A stretch of DNA of 63,433 nt, counting the filler, from Octopus bimaculoides (lineage: Eukaryota): assembly GCF_001194135.2 (NCBI RefSeq). It is 3 parts of 2 records of this genome, joined end to end, with 100 filler letters (N's around TTAATTAATTAA, not from the genome) between each part and the next. Parts side by side here need not be neighbours in the genome. Positions count along the whole stretch, not along the records: positions 1 to 31,975 come from NC_068981.1; 2 more parts are not named here. One strand, given 5' to 3'. The notes beneath the pieces are model-generated. The model was not told where the DNA came from. It saw nothing but the letters and a program-made list of their open reading frames with translations, and ran no database searches. Below, piece after piece: positions 1-11,845 of the stretch. The position numbers were made by a program, and so were the translations under genes. Every line of letters starts with the position of its first letter. Position 1 is the first letter of the stretch.

Positions 1-558
1 GCTGCTTCTTTTAGTTTTCGTATTTTCTCTGTCTATTATTTTAACTTCATCACACAAGGAGAGTTGGTCTCCATTTTTGCATACATGATCAGCTATACCC
101 GATTTATCAATATCTCTTCGTGTCACAGCTTTGCAATATTCCTCTACCCTTATTTTTTTTAGGGGGGCGACTTGTTTCGCCTTTGTATAACCTACCACAG
201 CTGCATGGGATGGAGTACACGCAGTTCTTGGTCATATTCTCTTCTATTGGTGGTTTTACTCGAAGGAGATATTTGCGAAGCGTTGTATTACTTTTGAATA
301 CTGTCCTGATTTCATATGGGTCGCATATCTTTTGTATCTTTTCGGAGAGGCTTTCACATAGGGTAGACAGACTGTCGACAGTTGATCGGATTCATCCTCT
401 TTTTTCTTCATAATTGGACTGGAGAGTATGTTTGTGGGGTAGTTATTGCTTAATAGATTGTTACTGAGCTTGATCATTTCTTCGTGGTGGGTATCACGAT
501 CGCTACTTATATTCATTGCTCGATGTTTTAGACACTGAGTAATCCCTCTCTTTGCACT
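1..558 (-). mobile_element. Penelope-like retroelement fragment (RT thumb/linker + GIY-YIG endonuclease), frameshifted
   Basis: Minus strand reads KRGITQCLKHRAMNISS...LSNNYP...STVCLPYVK, then after a frameshift LSEKIQKICDPYEIRTVFKSNTTLRKYL...NCVYSIPCSCGRLYKGETSR...KRVEEY...KSGIADH. This is the PLE thumb followed by the GIY-YIG pattern. Runs off the window start. Confidence 0.9.
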
Positions 559-665
559 GTATGTATGTATGTATGTATGTATGTAGGCATGCATGTATGT
601 CTATATTATATATACATANNNNNNNNNNNNNNNNNNNNNNNNNNNNNNNNNNNNNNNNNNNNNNN

Positions 666-700
<35 letters not shown>

Positions 701-714
701 TAGATAGATAGATT

Positions 715-786
<72 letters not shown>
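559..786. repeat. Compound microsatellite (TATG)n/(TA)n-gap-(GA)n-(GATA)n
   Basis: Directly visible. Confidence 0.95.
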
Positions 787-944
787 CGCACACATGTGTA
801 TGTATGTATTGTGTTTGTATTTAAGAAATGTTTTATGCTTACCATATTATTGCTATAATACCATTTTAAAAAATTTCTGTTAATCTCATTTTATTATATC
901 ATTTCTCCTGCATTTTCGTTTTTATGCGTTTTGTTTTCCTCCGC

Positions 945-1460
945 AAACCAGTATAAGATTTTACTGCTTACAAAACACCGTTATTTTTCTGTCCACCCAT
1001 TTTTCAATTACCATGATGACAAACAAATATTACTCAAAGTCACATAGAAACAAGGTTACAAATGAGCCAGAAAGAAAATGAAATAATATTCTTCACAAAG
1101 CAGAAACCTTATGAGAATTTAAGACACTGTTGAAAAACAGGAACGGAAGTTTCTTTACAAATAATCGTAAATATGTAATGTAGAATATTTTTTTGAAAAA
1201 TTGAGAATTAAAAGAAACAGACAGATTTAAAGAATTTTGAAGGGTTATTCAGATTTAGTTAAATGAGATACACTCACAAGACACTGTTTTTCTTGCAGTT
1301 GCTAAGTGATAAACAAGTGGAAAACAAGCAGATTCGTACAAAATCAAGCAAAATGAGATTTGTGTATTAAAAACCTGACAATGAGAAATGCAAATCAAAA
1401 ACGAATATGAACGACATTTTCAAATTGCACTTTATAATACAAATTTGAAAAATGCTAGTT

Positions 1461-1493
<33 letters not shown>

Positions 1494-1512
1494 GAAAGAA
1501 ACAAACAAACAA

Positions 1513-1592
<80 letters not shown>

Positions 1593-2047
1593 AACTGCTT
1601 GCTGTCATGCCTAACAACACCCACTCAGTTTCAACCAAATACAGCACAACGCACATCACATATCCCACCATCTCTGATAATCTTTCTTGGTGATTTCACA
1701 TTACATGACAAAGCTAGAAATACCTTCTAAAGTTTAACCGCCTGAAGCATTTGTCCGTATGTATTTTCTATCCAGAAAATGTTTAACCTTTGATCAATTG
1801 CTGAACCATTACAAAAGTTCCTATCAGTTATACGATGGAATAATTCTGACAGCTACGGTAACAGGCTGCTACATACATCCAGAAACCAGTATAAGATTTT
1901 ACTGCTTACAAAACACCGTTATTTTTCTGTCCACCCATTTTTCAATTACCATGATGACAAACAAATATTACTCAAAGTCACATAGAAACAAGGTTACAAA
2001 TGAGCCAGAAAGAAAATGAAATAATATTCTTCACAAAGCAGAAACCT
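945..2047 (+). repeat. 165-bp identical direct repeat (945-1109 and 1883-2047)
   Basis: aaaccagtataagatttt...cacaaagcagaaacct occurs twice, offset 938 bp, with no mismatch seen by eye. Confidence 0.92.
1461..1593. repeat. (AAAG)n microsatellite
   Basis: Directly visible. Confidence 0.95.
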
Positions 2048-3644
2048 ATTCGTAGTCACACAGCGATCTCCAGTCCACATACGCGCTTTCACTTTTCTAA
2101 GGTTATCGTATCGCTACTACAACACTTTCCGCTTCACTGTACCCCATCTCCATCTAAACTCATTTGTTCCTTCTTTCGTTATCTCTGAACCTAATGTTAA
2201 CCTCTGTGTTCAATCTAACTTCCCCAAAATATCGGCTCTCTAGAATTTACTCTTCAACGGTATGTTTCTTGTTGCTACAGAGAGAACAAATCGGTGTTTC
2301 CTCTGTTAAGTTCTATTCATCTCTCCAATCTTAGAAAGATTACCGTCATGGCGGTGGCTTTCTCTGGTGATAATACTATTTGAAAATAACCTGCAATTTG
2401 TACGATGTTGATTGTATCCACATGTATCAGTAAAAACTCTAGAAGGATAATAACAACTAAGAGCCCAAATTTAGAAACCTTAGGTTTTACAGTTATAATA
2501 TCCAGTAATTATAAACTATGAATATTATAGTGTATTGTCAGTATTATAATATATCGTAAACATCCTTGTTTTCATCTTAAGATATCAATTCTAATTCTTG
2601 TATTATTTGTTTGGAACGTTATTAACCACATATTGATATTATAGTTTAGAAAAAATATCTTCTCTAAACCATTCTGTAAATCGTAAAATAATCATGCTTT
2701 AGTGAAAGTTTAAAATAGAACCAAAATGTCACAGAATTTTTCGGTTTGAATCTTTCAAAATGTATCATATGTTCAATTGTAGCGCACATTAGCACATTTT
2801 TTCCGCAGGCAGTAATTTTGTATAAACTTTGATTCGAGAATGGCTTAATTTTCACAGGCTGGATTTTCACAGGCCTGCAATTTATTAAAAAAACCTTTAT
2901 GTAACAATGACAAAGAAATATTAATATTTATGTTAAAAGTTTTCAAAATAGTGGCTGAAGCCAAATTGTGGTCAACTAATTTAAATTCATCTCTGTTTTT
3001 TATGTATTTCAACAAAATTGAGCGCAGATAGAGGAGATCCTGATTAAAGATATTTCTGTTGTAGCTATCCAGTCGTTTTCTTACGTACAGGATACATAAG
3101 AACATATCTATTTTGTTCGTTTCCAAGATGATAAGGGTGTAATTTAAGAGGATTTAGCACCTATTTCTAGTACGTCGGAAGAGCATATAGGAGCTTGTTA
3201 GCTAGAATTTGTTTAGTGTTCACGATGGGTCTATTGGATAATACATGAAATAAATGGTCATAAATTAACTTTATAAGAGAAAAAAAATGGCTGTATGTTC
3301 AGTCTTGATAAAATTAGTCTAAATTAAATCCTATTTGAACGAGATAATTAGTTGTTATTTATAATAATTAATGAAGTTTATACAAGTTATCGATTAAATT
3401 ACTCTCTTTAAAGATTATGTTCTGAATCATTTTATGAAAGCCGGATTAACTATTCCAAGTGTCCCTTACGACTTAAGTCAACACCCAAGAAAGAAACTCT
3501 ACCCTTCATTATATTTTCTATCATATTTGTGTGGAAACTTGATACTCCAGTAATAGTGAATTAGGAATTGTGGCATTCGTATCTTTTATATCCTTTTTTT
3601 AAATCGAATGAAACAAGTTTTGCAAGGAATGAATATCGGTGAGA

Positions 3645-3850
3645 AAACATGGCTGTGTAGTTAAGAATTCTGCTTTGCAGCCTCAAAACTTTGGAGCTAG
3701 TCCATGCATGACACCGGCTTCTACCACAGCCTTTTGTTGACCGACAGCTTCCCACTGAATTTACTGGAGGTGAACAGTGCGAAGCAAATCGTATACATAT
3801 TTGCGTATGTGTGCGTGTGTATGTGAGAGAGAGAGTGTGTATTTGTGCGT
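3645..3850 (+). mobile_element. Degenerate tRNA-head SINE (family A), 5' part
   Basis: atggctgtgtagttaagaa...gacacc...actgaattt...gaagc...(GT)-rich; homologous to the full copy at 35526-35999. Confidence 0.6.
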
Positions 3851-4019
3851 GCACGCGTATGTGTGTTATCTATATGAAAGGAGAAAGTTCTGGTAAAAAT
3901 AAAACATTTTCTTGGAGCTTACCAATTATCAATTAAACGCTATATATAATGGAGTGAAACAAAGCGGTATCCTTGTCCTATTCTATTTGACTATACTTTG
4001 CTGAAGTTCTTATACTTTT

Positions 4020-4620
4020 CAAGAATTCGATTTTCATTTCTAAATGTTTAGAAGAATAGGCAAGATATATGATCAGAAGAGACTCAACTATACCTCTAAA
4101 AACATTCAAAACATGGATTTGAGAATTGTTTACTGCAGAAGCTACTGATTTTGTTGTTGAAACAGAACACTGCACGCAGCTTATAATAAACTGATTCTCA
4201 TCTCCATTTGTTGCATTTCGCCTGATAATATCCTTGAAGAAAACAAAAGTAAAGTTCACACCTGTTTCTGGCGGGCACTACATAGAGCCAAACATCTTCG
4301 TGAATGGCAACATATTAGAAGTTACGGGCATACTTTTATATACTGGGAGTACCTTTGCAAGAAATGGATCCGTAGACGATGAAATCCTCTCACGAATTCA
4401 TATGTATGTATGGTTATGGCAAGAAAGTGTGGCAAAATTGCCGTGCCACAATTCAAACTGATTAGAGCGTCTATAAGTATGTCCTCTGATTGTCCGAGAC
4501 ACTCAACACTTCCAGGTTCCTTAGAGATTTCGCCGAAATATCTGAAGTGTATATTTAATATATCAGACACCAAGGTTTTCGCAACAACTATCTGTACCAA
4601 AATCAAATCAAAGATATTCG
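4020..4620 (+). mobile_element. RTE-clade LINE RT fragment, decayed
   Basis: Translates in pieces to LIISLKKTKV...NIFVNGNILEV..ILLYTGSTFARNGSVDDEILSRI, matching the RTE pattern LEVVxxFxYLGS...IDxEIxxRI. Confidence 0.75.
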
Positions 4621-4751
4621 CTAATTTTCTGTTCAGTCTCGTTTTTATCACTCCAGAGTTATAAAATAAATACCAATAGTTTAATAGGGACAAATAATTA
4701 TAAATACGTCCTGCAGTAATGTTACGTGCATGTAATGGACAATAATTTGAC

Positions 4752-4905
4752 CGAGGGGCTAAGGTAATTGCTTCACAACCAAGTGGTTTCGAATTTGATA
4801 CCAAAGCACGACACATGAGGCAAGTGTCTCTTTTGTCAGCCATGGGTAGACCAATACATTGTGAGTAGAATTTAATTGAGGGAAACTGTGCGAAAGTCCA
4901 TCTTT
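4752..4905 (+). mobile_element. SINE family A head fragment
   Basis: taaggtaattgcttcacaaccaagtggtttcgaatttgatacc...ggcaagtgtc...gaccaa...ttgtgagtagaattt aligns with 35540-35670. Confidence 0.65.
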
Positions 4906-4959
4906 TACCAGGTTGAGGCAAAAGTGTTTTCATATTTCAACCTTTGATTAATAGTTCAA

Positions 4960-5320
4960 GGAAAATACATGCAAAAAGTCGTTATTCATCAACATATATC
5001 CCATCATACTCTATTGTCCGTTCCCATCATTGTGTCAGAAGCTTATACCAACTGGCTGGTTTAGAGGCAAAAGGTTCTGCGCATCCGTTTTTAAACTCGC
5101 CCACATTGTTGAATCTCTGCCCATGCAGGAAATGAGCCACAATTTGGACCGGGTGATAATTTTTGGTGATGCAAGGTCTGGACTGTAGGCAGAGTTAGCC
5201 AGCACTTCCAGCCCTTCATGTTCCTCAAGTTTGTGGTCGGTCACATTTGCAGTATGTACTGAGATATATGACCTTTTACACAAACCGCCTGAACTTTTGG
5301 GATCATGTCCACATATGACA
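4960..5320 (-). mobile_element. mariner transposase C-terminal fragment
   Basis: Minus ORF 5035-5283 contains HTANVTDHKLEE..GLEVLANSAYSPDLAS, i.e. the mariner HPxYSPDLAP motif. Confidence 0.8.
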
Positions 5321-5429
5321 TAATACTTGTTACGTTTTGGGGCTACCCAAGATCACAGATAGAATCTGCTTTTTATATTGTGTCCATGTACAGGCTTTTC
5401 ATGTGGCTTAGCATTTCTTATATATTTTA

Positions 5430-6295
5430 TATTTTTATATGTATTTGTATGTATGAGCATATATCAAATGTGTATATGTGTGCATCTGTACGAATGTATG
5501 TATATATACGAGTGTAAGACTATGTATATATATATATGCTTGCTTATCTGCAGGTGTAGGTGTGTTGATAGACAGAAGGGTGTACTTGTGTATATATATG
5601 CACCTCTATACATACATAATTCATATGTATATTCATGTTTGCGGCGAATGTGAATATGTATACGTTTTATATTTTGCGTATGTGTTTTCATTTGTATAAA
5701 TGTCCATATAGCTACGCGCGGATGATGTTGACTACGTATTTATACATATGGGTGTATGTATATTTGTACATATATATGCATATGCGTGGTTTTGTCTATC
5801 TGCGTGTGTGTATGTGTGTTTGTGTATGTATATTCATATATGCGGTGTGTGTGAATATATGCCTGCTACGAACGTTAATACATGTATATTGTTTTACGGT
5901 TTTATATGAGTACTTTCATTTATTTAAGTTCTAAGATAAATGTAAACTTTTTTTCTATGCGAACATGAAGTTATATATACATATATAAGTGTGTGTGTAT
6001 GTATTTTCATATTTATATATATATATATACTTATGCATGTATGTGTGTGCGTGTAGAGATGTGTATATGAGCATAATAATGGATGCATGGTCACATATAC
6101 GTGTGTATGTGCGTGTATGCGTGTGTATGTGCGTGTATGCGTGTGTATGTGCGTGTATGCGTGTATGAATGTGTATGTGTGTGCACGTATATATATGTAT
6201 ATGCATGTACATTTATGTGTATGCGAGTATGTATGTATATACACATACGTGTATATGTGTGTACGTGTATGTATGTATATATACATGTGTACGAA
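5430..6295. repeat. Long degenerate (TA/TG/CA) simple-repeat tract
   Basis: Near-continuous alternating purine-pyrimidine sequence; explains the low-complexity Y/I/V/C/M/H/T ORFs here. Confidence 0.9.
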
Positions 6296-6431
6296 TGTAG
6301 ATTTTATGAACGAAGATTTCTATCTTTACGTGGTTGTATTTTTATAATGTCATATCTTTTACTTTTATTTACTTTTCCACGCCTATTAGGGTAACTTCTC
6401 TTTATTCAACGGTTTTCTTTCGTAGCGTTTT

Positions 6432-6497
6432 TGTCTTAATAACTGATGAGGATGTCTTTTAGCCCCGACATCTGAAACTCTGAGTATTATTATGACA
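6432..6497 (+). ncRNA. Minimal type-I hammerhead ribozyme (PLE pLTR type)
   Basis: ugucu-uaauaa CUGAUGA G.GAUGUC-10nt-GACAUC.U GAAA CUC-U-GAG UA uuauua-u-gaca. Core CUGAUGA 6443-6449, GAAA 6474-6477, GUA cleavage triplet 6484-6486. Helix I is 6 bp + U.U + 4 bp. Confidence 0.8.
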
Positions 6498-6553
6498 ACT
6501 AACTGATTGTCCTATATGATATATATATATATATATATATATATATCATATAT

Positions 6554-6608
<55 letters not shown>

Positions 6609-6780
6609 TGGTACAACAAAGCACCAATGCTTACTGGAATTACCAGTCGATATATTTACGACGCTATAGTAAAGCTTCAATGTGTATATACTGGCGAAGA
6701 CGTGTGTGGGCAGCAAACATGAAAAATTCTGTCTTACCTCTGGGAAGAACAGTATGTAAACGGACAATCCATAATCGGAT

Positions 6781-6854
6781 AATCCAGTACCTAGGCTTCG
6801 GACTCCTCAAATACGTTTGTCATCGTATATATGGTTAGTCTCATCAGCTGGATT
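6781..6854 (-). ncRNA. Minimal type-I hammerhead ribozyme, variant (A15.1>G)
   Basis: Minus strand: aauccag CUGAUGA GACU-32nt-AGUC C GAAG CCUAGG UA cuggauu. Perfect 7-bp helix I, palindromic helix III (CCUAGG), GUA site; GAAG replaces GAAA. Confidence 0.65.
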
Positions 6855-6914
6855 TACCTGGACAATATTTCAAATATTTATTGCGCATTTTGAACGCGAG
6901 GCTGCATATATATA

Positions 6915-8059
6915 TCTATACTATATATATCTATACTATATATAAAACAGAGATGTGTGTGTAATCGCTTTTCACGTGAAATCGACTTCACCAAATGCTT
7001 CCATACTTGTAATGCATGAATAATTTGACCTCGGATAAATCTTAGGCTCTTCATTTGATTTTTTTTAATTAAAAATAAATAATATTGCTTTATATTTAAG
7101 ATTCACTTCTTTAAAAAGTTTCCTCAATGTCAACTTCCGGTATTGACGTAACAACCGCAAAAAGCTTCACTTTCTATTTTGTGTGTTCGTGTGTATGAGA
7201 GAGAGTAAATACTACATACACACCGCTCTCTCACTCTGTCTCACACACATACACACGCACACACACACACCTTGACTCACTCACACTCTGTCTCTGACAA
7301 ACACACACATACATAANNNNNNNNNNNNNNNNNNNNNNNNNNNNNNNNNNNNNNNNNNNNNNNNNNNNNNNNNNNNNNNNNNNNNNNNNNNNNNNNNNNN
7401 NNNNNNNNNNNNNNNNNNNNNNNNNNNNNNNNNNNNNNNNNNNNNNNNNNNNNNNNNNNNNNNNNNNNNNNNNNNNNNNNNNNNNNNNNNNNNNNNNNNN
7501 NNNNNNNNNNNNNNNNNNNNNNNNNNNNNNNNNNNNNNNNNNNNNNNNNNNNNNNNNNNNNNNNNNNNNNNNNNNNNNNNNNNNNNNNNNNNNNNNNNNN
7601 NNNNNNNNNNNNNNNNNNNNNNNNNNNNNNNNNNNNNNNNNNNNNNNNNNNNNNNNNNNNNNNNNNNNNNNNNNNNNNNNNNNNNNNNNNNNNNNNNNNN
7701 NNNNNNNNNNNNNNNNNNNNNNNNNNNNNNNNNNNNNNNNNNNNNNNNNNNNNNNNNNNNNNNNNNNNNNNNNNNNNNNNNNNNNNNNNNNNNNNNNNNN
7801 NNNNNNNNNNNNNNNNNNNNNNNNNNNNNNNNNNNNNNNNNNNNNNNNNNNNNNNNNNNNNNNNNNNNNNNNNNNNNNNNNNNNNNNNNNNNNNNNNNNN
7901 NNNNNNNNNNNNNNNNNNNNNNNNNNNNNNNNNNNNNNNNNNNNNNNNNNNNNNNNNNNNNNNNNNNNNNNCAAATTTCTATATAACATATTTTGCTTTT
8001 TTTCTTCAAGTATATAAGCAACAATTTCATTCCCGAGCAACGCCGGGTGCCTCTGCTAG
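6915..8059 (+). mobile_element. Non-autonomous Helitron (internal gap)
   Basis: 5' A|TCTATACTATATATA (tandem at 6915 and 6930). 3' hairpin cccg(a)gc-aac-gc-cggg at 8032-8047, then CTAG|T at 8056-8060. Inserted between A and T. Confidence 0.85.
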
Positions 8060-8610
8060 TATATATATATATATATATATATATATGAATGCCTGTCTGA
8101 ATATAAGTTCTTTACAACGACCCGAAGAAACCAACTGAAGATAAAATGTAAATCATTCTTACATATATTTGACTGATACCTTATGGCGCCTGGAATTCGC
8201 CGTTTCATTAATTTATACATGTGACGTATTTCATATGCAAAGGACAATAGTTTCACAATTGATGAATGTTCTCAAAGCAAAAAAGGAAATAGGTAATATT
8301 CTTTGGGAGCCAACTACGTTTCACTTGATAGGCTATCTCAAATTTTAGCTTCTATTTTGTTTGTTGAATTTCTGAGCACTACTAGTTATGGAAGTGGATT
8401 TGCCAAGTTTGCTGTTCAAACCCTCGGGGAGGAAATTTTATTGAAGGTTCAAAGTTTGTATTGGCATTTTCTATATAAATTCAAGATATCACTTAGTGTG
8501 GTAAGCATCTTAGGATTTTTTACTGCTTATTTTGAAAGCGAAGCTGCATTTATCTCGTTCCCGGACCTACATAATTATATACGCATGCAATATCAGACTA
8601 GTATTTTTCT

Positions 8611-8770
8611 CCATTATTTACGTTCGTAGAGTTAAGTTTGTCGTTATATACAATGGAATTTTTTTAGGTTTTGCGTATGTAATATTTGACTAACATTTTC
8701 ACATTATTTATGTTTGCAGAGGTGAGTTTATCGTTATATATAACGGAATTTTGTTAGGCTTTCCGTCGGG
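8611..8770 (+). repeat. Two diverged 90-bp-period tandem units
   Basis: cattatttacgttcgtagagttaagtttgtcgttatatac...ttaggttttgcg versus cattatttatgtttgcagaggtgagtttatcgttatatat...ttaggctttccg. Confidence 0.7.
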
Positions 8771-9249
8771 GATAGTTTTCCAAAATTTTATATACCAGAT
8801 ACAGATAATCCCAAATATTCTATGCATATTTATCAACTTGACTTGCACACATCAACAAGTATATGAATTCTAAATATTCGTACACCCATACATACACACA
8901 CAAGCAAAAGCATCAGAAATACTTCATCCTATTGAAATAGCCAGTCCAAAATCAGTTATGTCACACTGTTTAACAATAGAAACAATCTCAATTAGTTTCA
9001 CATTTAACTCACTAACTAATAAAAATTCTTTACAAGCAAAATACGTTAAATTATTAATAAGAGAACAGCCTTAACTAGATTAATAAATCCAGATTTTTAA
9101 AAAAGTCAAAAAATAACCAATGAAAAAAGCAGTAAAGTAACAGGAAGTTAGTAAATACGAAGCACAAATCAATGAGCAAATACAAGCATATATGTTTGTT
9201 TGTATCCATGTATGTATGTATGTATGTATGTATGTATGTTCACGACTAT

Positions 9250-9790
9250 ACACGCACGTCGAATTGTGTTGAGTAAATGAGAGCGGTGCACTCAAAACAG
9301 TAGAGTATATAGTTTATTGAATCTGTATTTTAATCTCACGACTCGAGTTTCACGACTCTTCAGTCTTCAGGCGAGAACTCAGAATTTGTGGTATGTTTAT
9401 AATCACTATCGTGGCTGTAGTTTCATGCGTGTGTGCTTGTCACTGGTTTGCTTTTCACATTGGCTAAATTTCTTGTTTTTCTCTTTATTCATAGCTTATG
9501 TCTTTTTATAATTATGGGTTTCTAAAGCTAGTTAAGGCTGTTCTACTATTCCTTATTTATTGTATTTTGTTTGCAAAGAATGTGTATTTTATGAGTGTGT
9601 TTAAACGTGAAAGTAATTAAACGCGGTTCTATTGTAAAACGGTGTATTTTTATGGCTGAAGGATTTAGCATTGAATGTATATATTCAGCCGAAACCTTAT
9701 GCAGCTAATTGTGCTTTCATAATTTCTCCATCGTTCACTTGGCACGTTTTGATAGTAAATCTAAAGCATCCTAAACTTCGGCGCTAGATC
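9250..9790 (-). mobile_element. Probable PLE 3' end / pLTR remnant
   Basis: Minus strand gives AEYIHSMLNPS (similar to the GIY-YIG terminal EAxxIxxxxPxLN), followed downstream by the hammerhead-like motif at 9334-9376. Confidence 0.45.
9334..9376 (-). ncRNA. Degenerate minimal type-I hammerhead ribozyme
   Basis: Minus strand: ucucgc CUGAAGA cugaagagucgu GAAA CUCGAG UC gugaga. 6-bp helix I, palindromic helix III, GUC site. Stem II looks shortened by a small deletion. Confidence 0.6.
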
Positions 9791-9795
9791 TCATT

Positions 9796-11434
9796 GTTTC
9801 ATTAACTAACACCGTCGATATGAGTGACATGCAAAAATACGTGTGGAAGTTACTGAAATTCGTTTCGAATATAATGACGTGGAAAATTTCAGTGTCATTA
9901 TTTTTGCAAAGAACTTGCAGATGCTAATGCTACCAATTAAAAGCTCCGCATACTGGATGCTAGCAAGATTATAGGGTCACCAGAAAAGAATGCGTGCCGT
10001 TTCGGGGCCTAAACCCCGCTCGCTAGATCAACTGGTTATCAGGTTTCGCTCAATATTCTTCTAGCCATTGCTCATCCTCTCTTTTTAACCAAATCCAGCG
10101 GTTTGCCTTTTCCAATATAGTCTGGATATCACTCACGGTGGTATTTGCTTTACGATGAATAGGCTTAAAGATAACAACACACGCCTCAAACTCTGTCCAA
10201 CCAATCCTCTCCATCCGACTTCGATTAAAAAGTGCTCCGCTTTCCAGCGTATGTCTTCACATTCCTCGAGTAAGTTTTTATAACAGTCAGTCTTTTGAGC
10301 GCGAGCCGCGTCTGTATTTTCTTCATGAGGAAGCGTTGACACGACTTGATTTACCACTTTCTTTCTTTTACACCATATGATGTTATCCAGTTTCTTCGTA
10401 ACTGGAAAGAATCCTCGGCACCTTGGTAAATTTGCAGCCACCTTACAATAGCTGTTCCACTTTTCAACGCTCACAGGAACGTTCTTCTTTTTCTCAAATG
10501 GATATGCTGTCCTGAATTCACGAATATAATGTAATCTCTGGTTGGTTCCTTCAGTGTTTTTTGTTACCGTTGATGGGAGCAAGTTGGTTCTTTATAGCAT
10601 TGAAGATGACCTTAAGGACCAGATTTTGCCTCCATGTTTATCTATTCAATGCCAGTGAACAGTTGGAAAGAATAAGCTTCAGTGTTCCGACTTTTCTGCA
10701 TCTGCATTTATCGTTTTCTGATATGTTCCATCTTACTAGGTTTGTAAGCGATGGTAACACGTCAGAGGATGAACCAATCAGAAAACATAGACGTGATGTT
10801 GTTCGCGACCACATTTTATTCCAAACTATTTTTCTCCCAACAATGTGTTCCTCCCATTTCATCATGTCCTTGTTACGAGTATTGAATCAAATGAAGCTCT
10901 CTTCTCTCTGCTTCCCTTACTTTGACGCTGTTGCTAACAACAGATTTACGTTCGCTCCGCATCATGCTTGAAAAAAATCTAAATCGATCTGCGCCAAATC
11001 CACGTCCCTTCCAATTAATCTGCGTTGCACCCACAATATCTCGGTGTGTAAGTGAAGACAGGATGTCATCGGTCTCTGCTTCTGCTTTCCACTTCCTAGC
11101 TATTTTTACATTTGGTGGATTACGCCTGATTTTTTAATCCTTCTTTCTCAGCATCATCACCGTTCGTACCTTTCCTACTTTATAAATTTTGACCATCGAC
11201 GCCAGTGGTAACGGCAACGAGCCTCTTTTACAATAGAGAGCTGAGCCGTTCAATATCCGAGGCACGCCTAGCCAGTTTCTAATGAACACATTACACTTTT
11301 GCTCAATGATTTGAACTTGTGACAGTCCCACCTCGTTTCATTAGCTAACACCGTTGGCATGAATCATGTACAAATATACGTACAGAAGTTACTGCACTTC
11401 GTTTCAAATATAATGACATGGAAAATTTCAGTGT
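9796..11434 (+). repeat. 100-bp diverged direct repeat (9796-9895, 11335-11434) bracketing a HERO fragment
   Basis: Ungapped alignment gtttcatta(a/g)ctaacaccgt...ggaaaatttcagtgt with about 17 mismatches by eye. Confidence 0.85.
9960..11331 (-). mobile_element. HERO-like RLE non-LTR retrotransposon, 3' fragment
   Basis: IRNWLGVPRILNGSALY...LPLPLASMVKIYKVGKVR; Zn knuckle CRCRKVGTLKLILSNC; RLE region LDNIIW...EVGWRGLVGQS; terminal NRWIWLKRED. Confidence 0.8.
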
Positions 11435-11672
11435 AGCAACTGTGCTTAATGATAAATATTATATATTAACAGACGTCAAATAAATTTAACGATAAACTTA
11501 AGTACTTGAGATTTACGTCAGACTGACTGTATTAAACCTAAATTACCTACCAAAACATACTTTACCTGGAAGTCAAACAAGATTCTTACGAGCTGAAAAT
11601 CAGCTTAAATATTTTAATACGCAAACAGTGATAAGAGAAAGAAAATTATTTTGGTATATAAATGTTGGAAGG

Positions 11673-11845
11673 TAATAATGGTTTCAAATTTTGGCAAACG
11701 GCCAGCATTTTAGTCAAGGAGCATGTCGGCTTCATCGAACCCCGAACCGAGAAGACGAAAGGCAAAGTCGACCTCTGCAGGATTTGAATTTGAACGTAAT
11801 GACGTAACGCCTGGAATTCTAACGATTCTGCTAGCTCCGCCTTAT
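11673..11845 (-). mobile_element. SINE family C copy
   Basis: gaaaggcaaagtcgacctc...gatttgaa...aacgattctgctagctccgcctta, homologous to the copies at 41450-42512. Confidence 0.75.

Noticed and set aside
2845-3126. 93-aa ORF with LDSYNR, vaguely like the MULE RTNNxxExY motif
   Set aside because: Single weak motif; no TIR or TSD identified.
4322-4933. 203-aa minus ORF
   Set aside because: Antisense to a decayed RTE fragment plus a SINE head; no independent coding signal.
8090-8560. Possible Helitron Pif1-helicase remnant (RRIPGAIRYQS, LAPK) on the minus strand
   Set aside because: Motif spacing is wrong and similarity too weak to support without a profile search.
8715-8726. tttgcag|AG|gtgagt micro-exon-like signal (also cag|ATG|gtaaat near 46585)
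   Set aside because: The first lies in a tandem repeat unit; such short matches are expected by chance.
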